Below are positions 23,228 through 35,164 of a DNA stretch of 60,000 nucleotides, one piece after another. How positions within the stretch are numbered: the first letter of the stretch is position 1; every line of letters begins with the position of its first letter. The notes under the pieces were generated by a model. The model had not been told where the DNA came from. It saw nothing but the letters and a program-made list of their open reading frames with translations, and made no database searches. A program made the translations under genes and the position numbers. This DNA comes from Lytechinus pictus (lineage: Eukaryota), in assembly GCF_037042905.1 (NCBI RefSeq), contig NC_087251.1, forward strand, positions 4,280,001 to 4,340,000, in the 5' to 3' direction.

Positions 23228-24092
23228 AGACCCAGACCGGAGCTAAAAGTGAAATTGACAAATGGAAAATATATGTCACATAGTACAACAATGTAAGTTT
23301 TATTTGTATTCACGCTTGGCAGCTGAGTATTTTGCTGGAGAAAAACTCAAACAGGTGTTTCGACAATAGGCTTTCTTTTGCTTTTGATTCGACTTAAGAT
23401 TGTGGCGTCAGGTCGTGACGTCATGTGTTAAAAGCGTTGTGATTTCATAGGTTTTTACACAAAAATACTGGGTGACTTTTATGCTGTTTGGATAATGTAT
23501 CTGATTCTTCATTTCAGTTTGCAGAAGAAAATGGCACAGATGATTATTCTGTGATCAAATGGATGGAAACCTACATGTACATTTACAACTTGTCACTAGA
23601 TTTTTTTGTGATTATTTCGTTTGGCTCTTATTGGGCCTAAATTGCTATGTCAGGAAAAGTTATTACACATCATGTGAATGCAGAAAGAAATGGAAAGCGG
23701 GAAATGAAATGTGGCAAAAACTAGTTCAAAGCTTTAGATTTCATCAATTTAAGCTTGTATGAAAATATATTTATGACATGTCATTGTGATAGAAGTGAAG
23801 AAAATAAAATGTATAATCTGAAAAGCAGAAAACCACCCAGTTTTTCTGTGTTCAAACCTATGGAAGTACAACGCATCTAGCACAACATGACATCACGGTT
23901 TTGAGGTCAGTAATAAGCACAAGAAAGCCAATTTTCAAAAGCCCGATAATTGGAGATATTCATAAGCACAATACTCAGCTAGTAAGCAGTGAAAATGCAT
24001 AAAACTTGCATTATTGTGTTTAGTAGTTCATAAGCTTTTGGTTGGTATATGATTTGTCGATTTCAATTTTGGGTCCAATCCGGTCTGGTTCT
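23228..24092. mobile_element. Kolobok-like MITE with long imperfect TIRs
   Basis: TTAA at 23224-23227 and 24093-24096; ends AGACCCAGACCGGA/TCCGGTCTGGTTCT; inverted similarity continues for about 250-300 bp. Confidence 0.75.
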
Positions 24093-24792
24093 TTAAGTGC
24101 TGTAATTTGTTAAGACAGCATGTTTTGCCTCAATAATATTGGCATATAATAACCATTTCCCTGTTTGTGATATGAGTCTGACCTATTTTATATTTGCTTG
24201 ACATTGTTATTTTGTAAAACTCAAAAATAATTATATAGGAGAACAAAGTGTTACTTCAGTTGCCAATTATGTTTGATTTACTGCTACTTAAAAAAATATC
24301 CTTATTATTTTTTATCATACCGGTAATTAAGAATTGAACACTCTTTGACCTGGATAATTTTTCTGCTTCATTAAACATAATTCATCCAACTTTTTTGTTG
24401 GGGTTGATTTGGCCCTTGGTCATTAAATATGGTGTAAGCAGTATTGTGGCAAAGTTTGTGATTTCCGAATTGAAAGTAAAATGTAAATTTGATATGCTGT
24501 TTGAAATCGGCTTCATTATGCATACAGAATGGTTTGAAATGAAATGTGGACAAATATTTTTTAATAAATAAAGTATATATTCTTTATATCCGTTGAAAAA
24601 AATATCTTTGCCAGTCTAATTTGTTTCATGAGATTTTGAATATGATAATTGTATCAAAAGAATCAAATGAATGTGAGCAGATATCTCTATTAATTTCAGG
24701 AGGTATGCATAGTCTGCTACCCTTTAAGACAGAATGTTTATTTGTATATTTGTTTTACCTTTTTTCTCTTTCAGTCCTCTCTTCCTCGTAAT

Positions 24793-27700
24793 CTACATGT
24801 GTTTGACAAAGTCACACTCAGAGTGGGCATCTCGTGAGCCTGTATTTAGCAAACACTTCAATCTCCCAGCGGTGTTGCGAATAAGATCATACCCTTGACA
24901 AGTATGATCTGTTGCTCCTAAGCAAGCAGAAGCACACTGAAGAGCAGATCGGACTGGAAAGCCATCTCCCAAACCACATGTACCACCTTGCTTCTGTGAA
25001 ACATTCCTCTTGAAGATGGCTGACATTGTGTTTGACGGTCCATTTGATAATGTAGTTGACCTGGGCAGATTTTCCGATCCACGAGTGTTGGTTGACATCC
25101 CTTCTGTAGTTGCTGTTGAACTGATGGTATTTTCTGATCCATGAGCATTGGGTGACATCCCTTCTGTAGTAGCTGTTGAACTGATGGTATTTTCTGATCC
25201 TTGAGCATTGGTTGACATCCCTTCTGTAGTAGCTGTTGATCTGATGGTATTTTCTGATCCATGAGTGTTGTTGGTTGACATCCCTGTTGTGGTAGCTGTC
25301 GATCTGATGGTGGCTGTTCTTGGGACGGTGATAGTTGAAGATCCTTCACTTCTGTCCTCTGTGCTTCTTGCAGAGCTTTCTTCAGACACCATCGTAGCAG
25401 TTACTGACTCAGTTGATTCAAATATTGGGTTCGCAGTTGACAATTCCTCCGAAGCAACATCTGTTGTTAATTCCTCCGAAGCAATTTCTGTTGCTAAACC
25501 TTTAATAACAAGATAAAAGAAAATTTCATGTTAGGCTTTGTTATGAGTGTACTTTGTTGTTGAGTGCTAGTGAGGTTGTTCACTTATCATCAAGGATGAT
25601 GAGTGTTGTGTCTTGTGTGATGATAAGACTGTCTTTGTTGATCCTTGGAGAGTAGGTGTAGTAGTGACTTGCATTGGTTGGTGTGACTCCTGGATGGATG
25701 TGGTTGGTGATTCAGTGCTAGACTCTATCAGGTATCGGCCGTTGCGAAATGTGAAAGAACATGAAGGTTTATTTTTTCAGGTAGTTCTGGTAAAATCATT
25801 GACTACAATCTTCTACTGTAATTCATAAAGATAACCTATCGCCTTTTATTTTGTGTTTTTAAATTGGTTCGTAAGTAACAAAGGCTATATTTGAGATTTT
25901 TGGAACAGAGTACAAGATATTGTGCGATATTATAAAACGTTAGAAGTATTGGTTATTAATAAAAAGTGGAGCGCCTCTGGCAGTCTCACCTGCATCACAT
26001 GATTCGATATAGCAGCAGTGCTGACTTTGAAAACTACTATAACATAATTATTCACAAAAACACAATTCATATAATGATACAATACTATGTTCAATGACAA
26101 TAAATGACAGTTGACTTTGATCATGCGACCTAAGACTTGTCAGTGACCTAAGACTTGTCAGTGATACTTGATTACTCCTATATCCAAATTTCATAAACTA
26201 TATAAACTTTGAAAGTTATGACAGCAATCTAATAAATACCTCCAAAATGGCCAAAGTTCATTGACCTTAAATGACCTTTGACTTTGGTCATGTGACCTAA
26301 AATTCTCATGAGATGTTCAGTGATACTTGATTACTCTTATGTCCAAGTTTTGTGAACTAGATCCAAACACTTTCGGAGTTATGATGGTTGAATTCAACAA
26401 TTCCCCACAACATGGCCAAAGTTCTTTGACCTTGGTCATGTGACCATCATGAGATGTTCAGCGATACTTGATTACTCTTATGTCTAGGTTTTGTGAATCA
26501 GATCCATAAACTTTCGAAGTTATGATGGTAATTCAACAAATACCCCCAACTTGGCCAAAGTTTATTGACCTTAAATGACTCCCACAGGAAGTTCAGTGAT
26601 ACTTGATTACCCTTATGGCCAAGTTTCATGAACTAGGTCCATATAATTTCAAAGTTATGATGAAATTTCAAAAACTTAACCTTAGGTTAAGATTGTGATG
26701 TTGATTCCCCAACATGGTCTAAGTTCATTTACCCTAAATGACCTTTGACCTTGGTCATGTGACCTGAAACTCATGCAGGATATTCAGTAATACTTGATTA
26801 ATCTTATGTTCAAGTTTCATGAACTAGGTCCATGCACTTTTTAAGTTATGCTGTCATTTCAAAAACTTAACCTTCGGTTAAGATTTGATGTTGACGACGC
26901 CGCCGCCGTCGGAAAAGCGGCGCCTATAGTCTCACTCTGCTATGCAGGTGAGACAAAAATGGATTTGAAGGTGGTCAGAAATAGAGAGAGCGAGAGGTGG
27001 GGAATAAATAAAGTAAAAGTGGGCTGGTAAAAGCATCAGGGGCCTGTTTCATAAAGGACTTGCAACTGTTGTAACTTTGCCATTATGGCAACTACCATGG
27101 TAATCTTGATTCTGATTGGCTGCTGAGCCCTGTTGCCGTGGTAGTTGCCATTATGGCAAAATTACAACAGTTGCAAGTCCTTTATGAAACGGGTCCCTGA
27201 TTTGTTTCAGGATTACGTGATATGTCATAGATGAGAGAAGAGAAATATTGTCAAATATTACTTGAAATCGAAAGAAAGAATACTTTATTATCTATACATA
27301 CCAGATAAACACACAACAACTCCAGTATCCGAGCAGTTTTTCAATGTCAATCCACCAGTGTCTCCTTTATCATAGGCCAAACATGAATAATTCTCCTGAT
27401 TATTATCTACATCCAGATCAGTATAGAAATAAATGAAACTGAAAAATGTCAGACAGTATTGATTGACTGATTGTATTTGTTCTTATCAATTTCAACTTCA
27501 ACAAAATTTACAACTAAAAGCAAAATAAAAAATACAGAAATGAAAAAAAATGAACTCATTGGAAATCAGAGCATATTCCCTTCAATAAATAACTGATCAA
27601 AAGATATTATTCTTCAATGAAATTCAAATCGTATCTAACAAGTTTCAATAGAATAATTAAAAGAATACTATAATGAGGTCAAGGTTTTTATGCCTATACA

Positions 27701-30700
27701 CCAAGTAAAATTTAAAACAATCACTTTATATCACACACTTGGTATATATAATTATACAAACTTAAGGAAAATGCAAATAGAAAATCAACTGGACAAGAGC
27801 TAAAATTTTTGGAGATTTTAGGCACTTTTGTAATCATGAGGAAATAAAGGCTTATTAAAGGAGAATGAAACTCTTGGAGCAAGTTAGCTTTTGTGAAAGC
27901 AGAAAAATCAAAGAATAAGATCAACAAAAGTTTGAGTAAAATAGGACTAGCAATAGAAGAGTTATGAGCATTTGAATGTCTAGATCACTAATGCTATGGA
28001 GATCCTCCCATTGGCAATGCGACCAAGATCTATGATGTCACAGATGAACAACTCTCCCCTTTTGGACGCTGAAAATATACCCCAAAACATCTCTTTTTGC
28101 TCATTCTAAAGTATACATCTCTATGTTCTAATCATATGACAAACGATTCATCAATGATATAATGTTGTGAAACCTCTGTACTTGTCCTCTCATAAAGAGA
28201 ACACATCACCTTGTGATAGACTCTATAAAAGTGAGAATATAAGTGAAATAAGTACTAAAGTAATGAGGGAGTTGTACGTGTGTGACATCACAGATCTTGG
28301 TCGCATTGCCAATGGGAGGATCTACATGGCATTAGTGATCTCAATATTCAAATGCTCATAACTTTCTTATAATTCATTCAATCTTCCTCAAACTTTCAAC
28401 AATATGTTTCTTTGATTTTTCTCTTTGATATGGATTCAGCTAGTTTCAAGGGTTTCATTCTCCTTTAACAGTTAATGAGATGGCGATGCATGAGCTAAAG
28501 ATTTTGATATAGTGACATGCAAAAGGAATATTTCAAGGACTATTTCTAGGAATTCATGAAGAGGATACATATCTCACTAATTGAAATCGAGCTCGAAACG
28601 CGAGATGAAATTTTAATATTCAGACCTGAAAAGAATGTTTTAAGTCTTTTTTGGGGGTCGCCATATTTTGTTGCTAACGAATACCCTTTTTTCTTGTCAA
28701 AAATGCCTGAGAATTTTTTTTTTTCTAACCCCGCCCCATTTCTGCTAAATGTGATATTGATTCTAATCTGCGTATGAACTACAACCCGGGATTGGTTTAA
28801 AATTGATAATTAAAGAAGGTGAAACGTTCCCCCGGAAAGATTTACGTATAGATAAAAAGAGAATAACATATTATAAAGCCCGAAAATGGGGGAGTAATAT
28901 TTACTTCGTAATAGCATCTTATTTCACTGAATGTCAGTGAGCGCTTCTGAGTCGGTGTGTAGATGTATATACAATAATTATTTCAGATCATTTATTTCTA
29001 TTTTTTTCTGCGCTCAACTGTCAAAGGAAATTCCCCAGTGAATGCTAGGAACTGAATTATTGATCTCTTTATCGTCGTATATTGGTTTCAGTGTATGCAC
29101 AGGATGATTTTGAAAAATGTGATGAGACGTGATAAGTGAAGATAATCATTTAAATGTGCAACTTGATCAGTAGCGGAAATGAAATGTTTACAAATTGAGA
29201 AAACTGTGACATTAGATTAAATGAGTTTGATATAGTGTCAAGCCATTGAATTGGGGATGCGGAAATGAGCATCACATCATACAAAGATTTGAAGGTAATT
29301 ACAATCCCATTACAGTCTGGTGATACCCAAAGAAGTGTTAAGCACAGAACAATTATACCAGTCAGGCAAATCATCATATCAAAGGCTGTCAAATTTATGA
29401 GTTTCACGATGGTCTAAAACGAAATTTTAAAAAAGTGATGACTGGGGAAATTAAAACATTATATCGAGTAGAATTAAAAGATATGAAGATATAAATTGAG
29501 AATGAATGATTGAAGCAAGTAGCTCGATGTGGAAGAAAATGGATGGGGAACATGACAGCCACTTATGGTGTCCAAGTTATAATTATTATTGTAAATGTCG
29601 TGTACATGCTTAAAGGTAGGTTTGGTACTCGGTCCGTGGCGTAATGAACCAACATTGTCAGGGGCCAAATATGGTGTATGGAGCAATATTCTAACAAGTC
29701 CCAAATGAGTTAAACGAAATTTACCCTCTCAATTCGGTAAGCTGATTTTGTTATAGATATTGACAATATGTTCAGAAAATAGTATTCATCTCCTTTACTT
29801 TCGTTTTTTTCTTTTTCAGCTATTTTTTTCTAGATGGTGGAACTTGTGGGGGGCATGGCTGCCATATATTCACAATTGGACTCTGTTACTCTCCACCCTC
29901 ATTTGTTGACGATCTATAATTGACTTTGATGCATGTATGATCATTATTCCAAAACTTACAAGATATTAATATTCCCGTAGTGTCGTAGACCTCGGAATTT
30001 GACCCATTAGTCCAACAAGTGATGTTTCCCAAGTTGACCGAAGAATTTTGTACCAGATGACACCCAAACCAGATGAATTCTGATTGATTTCCTCTGCAAA
30101 ATTCATGAAAACAACAGAGAAATTCCAGCAGAAGGGTTAATTTATTTTGTTGAATCAAACAGATTAGATCAGATTGGAGTTTTTAGCCGTGCTATTTTTT
30201 TTCCCAAATGCGTCCTTTGACGCCATCTGCCAATTTTCGTTTATAGATTTTACCTAATATAATCATCAGTCATTTGGAAACCGGTATTGCTAATTCATGC
30301 GTAAATTAGGATAATTGTCTTAGTACAATGGCGTATCTAGGCATAATGACGAATAAAGCAATTTGTTTATTGTTTAAGGTATATTTCCGTGATATTTAGC
30401 AAATGATGTAGCTACCAAGCGTGGAAATGCAATTCAAATTATAATCGCAATTCCTTTAGAATTTTGCCTATAAAACATACAAAAAATACTCTGAAATGAA
30501 ATGGCAGAGACGATCAACAACTTGATATAAACAAACATTTATCTGTTTTATTTAGTTTATTGATTGTGATTGAAATTAGCTAAACCCTCGACAAATATTC
30601 AGTGACAAGTAACGGTATCGAATTCATAACCTTTACGAGACATGTAAAATGTTATGATATCCTGAAAGGATTGAAAACAAATTGAGCTGGAGAAAAGCGA

Positions 30701-31424
30701 CCGAGCTCCAGAAAATTTTGATATTTTTAATCCTATAAAAAATACTTATTTTTCTTAATTTCGCCCTTTCCCCTGTTCTCCCCTCTGTTGCTTGTGCTCT
30801 CTCAAATTACCGACCCAGTGGCGTACCTTGGGTCACGGCATTGGGGGGCACCAATTGCCCATCATACTGATCTAATCGAGATCAAATAATGCGAGCGCGT
30901 ATCGCTAGCTGAAGGTTCTTTAATATTCAGACCTAAAAAAGGGACATTATAATCTTTGTAATCATGATAGTACCTGTCTCACTAAAGAAACAATGCGGGG
31001 AAATTTTATGTATATATTGAGCCCAAACAGGGACATTCTAAGGACTATTTTCAAGAATTCGTGTAGAGCATATACATATCTCACTATATGTATCCAATGC
31101 GAACGCCAAACGCTTGCTGATTTTGTTAGAATTACATGTAAACACAGCAACACTTTTTGTAGTCATTGTACTCATCAACATTATACGTATCTCACTAATC
31201 AACATTGCGAGTGCGAAGCGCAAGCTGAAAATTTTTGAAATCCAGACCTGGAGTTGTGCATTCTAAGGCTTGTTTGTAGGAATTCACTAAGACTATACGT
31301 ATTTCACTAACCACACGATGCAAGCGCGTAGCGCGAGCTGAAAACGGGATTTTTTTTGTACAACAGAATTGTATATCTCATTAGGAATGATGAACACATT
31401 GCTCCAAGCAATATTCCTTATGTA

Positions 31425-31497
<73 letters not shown>

Positions 31498-34400
31498 GTA
31501 TATATATATATAATAAATTATATTACAATACAATATAATATATGATAATTCGTTCTTCCCCCACTATGTTTCTCTTTCTTTTTCCCCGTTTTTTTTTTTT
31601 TTTTTTTTTTTTTGGGGGGGGGGGGGGGGCGGGGGCAGCCGATGGGGGACACATACCCCCCGTGTCCCCCCCCCCGTAGTTACGCTTCTGTACCGACCTC
31701 ATTATTACATTTCTTTCAAATTAATATATTTAATCTCTTCAAAATTTTGGCTGCAAACACTAAACCCCAATCATTGCCAATAGGGGGCCTAGGTTGGTTT
31801 CAGAACTAAAATACGGCCTCGGTCATAATCATGTGATTCTGAATTCAATGCGAGAAAGATAATCGACTGATCTTTAAAATCATGTTTCCTTTTAAAGGTC
31901 AAGTCCACCCCTGAAAAATGTTGATTTGAATCAAGAGATAAAATCAAACAAGCATAATGCTGAACATTTCATCGAAATCGGCTGTAAAATAAGAAAGTTA
32001 TGACATCTTAAAATTTGGTGGTTTTTTTTTCGCAAAATAATTCCTACGCACAACTCAGTGACATGCAAATGAGAGAGTCGATGACCATTACCTTTTGCCA
32101 TCACTCATTTTTCTTTTGTTTTCTTGTTTGAATTATACAATATTTCATGTTTTACATAACTGAACCATTTAATGTTATAAGAATGGTAATACAACTTGTT
32201 CAGGGAGGAATAAAACTTTTGTTTCACAGGACAATGACGAAATAATTAGTATATTTCATATTTCATACAATGAAATAAATAGTGAGTGGGTGATGTCATC
32301 AGTCCTCTTATTTGCAAACCAACAGGATGTACATATACAAGTAACTGTTTTGTGAAATCAAGCAAAAGTTGAAAATGTAACTTTCTTATTTTACATCCGA
32401 TTTTGATGAAATTTTCAGTGCCATGCTTTTTTTATTTTTCTCTTTGCATTCAAATCAACTTTTTGTTGGGGTGAACTTGTCCTTTAAAGTTAAACAAAAA
32501 CTAGTTTTAGTGAGTGCACCTTCAAATTTGGTGGGGCGAAAATATCTGAACAGATTATTGTTATTTAAAAAAAAATTGTCCATTCTCCTGTTTTTTTGTT
32601 TTTTTTTTCGTCTTTTTTGGTCCAGGCCGGGGCACGTGATTTCTGCACCCCCACAATATTGCCAAAACTCAGTGCATACATTTTTGTTTTCTTTCAAATT
32701 GATTTTAACCAAACTTTTCATGTTATTCTTGACCCCAGTGAATAAGGTCCATATAAAGAGGAAATTTTAGAACAAAAATAGGGGCGCAAAATCATTCAAT
32801 TCAATTCTGAGAGGAATCACGCGAGAAAGCACAGCGACCGATTTTTACACAGAAAATGGCCCTTCAAAACCTCTATATTTTGATGCATGCATCGTAGAAT
32901 TCGTTTAGAAAATGGAAGAAAATAATGAGATAAATTATCTGTTTTGGAAGGACAATATAGAAATAAAATATGTTTAGAGAATTTCGCCCCCACCCAATTT
33001 GAGGTGCATGCATAAAAACTAGTATTTTATAAACTTTAAAAGGGCAACATGTTTGCAAAGATTGGTCAATTTTCTCTCTCGCATAATAATTTAATGCAAT
33101 GGTTGCTTGTATCATCAATTTATCTGCCACGATTTATTGGACATTGATCTGTTTATAAATTGTACTTAATAAACAGAACAAATGAAGATTTTAGAATTTT
33201 ACATACGTATTAGCGAAGTTCTTTATTCGATTGCCAGTATAATCGTTGATTTCGACGAGATGATAATTGCCAGCCAACGTAGTGCAGTAAGCCATGGCAT
33301 CTTTCCAAGTCTGACTAAAGTTGGTAGTTTTAATTCCTCCTGATAGAAGAATTTCCCGTAGAGTAGGCCTATCCACCGACGATACTTGAAGCCATAAAAC
33401 TATTCTCAAATTAAAGCAATTAACAAACACCATTTCATATAACTTTCAACTGTAGCTGAAGTTATGAGGATGATGATTGACGATTTTAATAAATGAATTG
33501 GTATTCAACTATATTTATTTGATGGCGAGACATTTCGTAAGTTTTTCCATTTAATTAGTTTATTTTTAGTATATATTTATTTATTCATTTAAATACATTT
33601 TGACACGAAAACAAGATCAGAATGGGATACCGTTTTTCATCTTGGTCCTATATAAAAGGATGAATTATGGATATAAAGTATTTTTGTAAACACATATACT
33701 TGCATAGATGTGAATTAAGATTTCATGTATCTTATCGTAGATAATTAGTGAATTGTATATAATATGAATAGAAGCAATGAAACAATCATAACTACGATCA
33801 TTACAATTAGAGGAATATAAAAGTTAACAAGACATTCAACTAAATGTTATGTTGACAAAATATGGAACTACTATAATAGAGGAGTTATGGTAGTATGAAA
33901 GGGAAGGTTATTCGAGCATTCAGATAACAGGATAGTGTTAAGAATTATTTTTAAAATGTTAATTCTTATTTGTAATTTAACCAGAATGATTTTTTCAATG
34001 GAATTTGAATTTCTCAAATAATTGGTAAGTTTGTTTTAAACTTTCATGCCGGCATATTTGAACGAATGTTTAATTTTTAGTTGAAACAGGGGCGCCGTGA
34101 AAAAAGGGGGGCGTCCCAATGATGATTTAATTGGAAAAAAATAAACAGAGAAATAAAAGTAACATAAAAAGGAGAGAACAGAGAAGTAAGATCATAAAAA
34201 AGAGGGGTTTGGGGTGTATTTTTCACCTTTGTTATCTTTCGGTCGTCTTGTTCCCTATCAAAATACCCTGGAACCATCCCTCGGTCAAGATGAGCATATT
34301 TTCATATTGGCAAGTAGGTATTTTTTGTTCAATAAATGAATTTTAATTTACTTATGTATTAAGATGAAGATTCCCAATAGACAAAAGTAGGCCTATATTT

Positions 34401-34517
34401 CTTTGGAGTAAAACCTGAACAGTGATACAATTGACGAAATATAGAAAACAAAATTTCATATTTACCTGCCAGCGAAATCAAGATCAGCGATAAGTTAAAA
34501 ACGCGAAAATTGTACAT
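24793..34517 (-). CDS. Secreted protein: signal peptide, divergent C-type lectin domain, Ser/Thr-rich mucin-like repeats, C-terminal PAN/apple-like Cys domain (~376 aa; ~423 aa with the optional exon)
   Basis: complement join(34466-34517,33207-33339,29960-30093,27302-27406,[25584-25724 optional],24793-25499); phases 1,2,1,1 are consistent and introns are GT-AG. MYNFRVFNLSLILISLAG signal; CTLD pattern TWKDAMAYC..LVEI..FIWFG..WTNGS..C..NC..VVC; C-terminal CASAC..C.GY...C.L. TATATAA about 80 bp upstream; AATAAA near 24737-24742. Confidence 0.72.
25080..25310 (-). repeat. Coding tandem repeat of ~60 bp (~3.5 copies) encoding GSENTISSTATTEGMSxNAx
   Basis: Near-identical units on consecutive 60-bp lines at 25081, 25141, 25201 and 25261. 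Confidence 0.9.
25961..26959 (-). mobile_element. Helentron-associated non-autonomous element (HINE/DINE-1/pearl/Tsp-like) with an internal tandem array
   Basis: Subterminal IRs GTCTCACCTGCAT (25983-25995)/ATGCAGGTGAGAC (26942-26954); partial IR GTCTCAC at 26929; short (GCC)n tract; several internal units containing TGACCTTTGACC..GGTCATGTGACC; A-runs at both ends. Confidence 0.75.
27039..27197. mobile_element. Palindromic MITE (Harbinger-like)
   Basis: Arms GGGGCCTGTTTCATAAAGGACTTGCAACTGTTGTAA.. are near-perfect inverted repeats over about 65 bp; flanks TCA/TGA. Confidence 0.75.
27859..28464. mobile_element. Kolobok-like MITE
   Basis: TTAA TSD at 27855-27858 and 28465-28468; TIR AGGAGAATGAAAC/GTTTCATTCTCCT; inner inverted block ATCACTAATGC..CTCCCATTGGCAATGCGACCAAGATC. 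Confidence 0.85.
30816..31690. mobile_element. hAT-like non-autonomous element with internal GCGAGCGCGAAGCGCGAGCTGA-type repeats and (TA)n
   Basis: Ends CAGTGGCGTA/TACGCTTCTG; perfect 8-bp TSD TACCGACC at 30808-30815 and 31691-31698. Confidence 0.82.
31896..32483. mobile_element. Kolobok-like MITE
   Basis: TTAA TSD at 31892-31895 and 32484-32487; TIR AGGTCAAGTCCACCCC/GGGGTGAACTTGTCCT with extended inverted arms. Confidence 0.82.
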
Positions 34518-35092
34518 GATGATGGGCAATTTATAATCGGGAGCGAAGCCAATCCAAAATAAAGTTCAAACCCTTGATGATTTAATCATAAAGAATTATA
34601 TACATGCCACTGCTGTGCTATCGCTCGAGAAATTAAGCGATTGCATGACTTCTCTCTACCACTTTCTATTTTAAATCATTTTGAACCTGATCTCTACCGT
34701 CGCTATCTGTGCAGTGTCCCCGTGTTTGATAATGAAGTAGGACGGTTAGTAGATTGATAGGGAAAGGGGCAGGATATTACCTGCATACCCCCCCCCCTAT
34801 ACTTTCATCTACCAATCACTTATCTGTACCGCTGCCATTGTCAGGGCTTATTCATATATCATTGGATTATGTTTAATTAAGAAAGATCTCCCTTCTTCTT
34901 CAGTAAATTTTCATGGAAGGATAGGGATATAACCACGAAAATGATGTTGTCATGAAAATAGATTATGTACCCGCTGCATAACACAAATAAGGGACTCAAT
35001 TGTAATTTACGCCAAATAAAAACTATTATTATCATAATCAATTAAACCTACATGTGGGAGAGGGAGAAGAAAAAAAAAGTTAAAAGTATGAT

Positions 35093-35164
35093 CTCCTTGG
35101 CGGGGAATCGAACCCCGGTCTTCCGCGTGACAGGCGGAGATACTCACCACTATACTACCAAGGA
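35093..35164 (-). tRNA. tRNA-Asp (anticodon GTC)
   Basis: TCCTTGGTAGTATAGTGGTGAGTATCTCCGCCTGTCACGCGGAAGACCGGGGTTCGATTCCCCGCCAAGGAG: 72 nt, paired cloverleaf stems, A and B boxes, downstream oligo-T terminator. Confidence 0.97.

Noticed and set aside
24918..25516. Gln-rich 143-aa ORF and antisense 83-aa ORF
   Set aside because: Alternative frames of the 60-bp mucin repeat exon.
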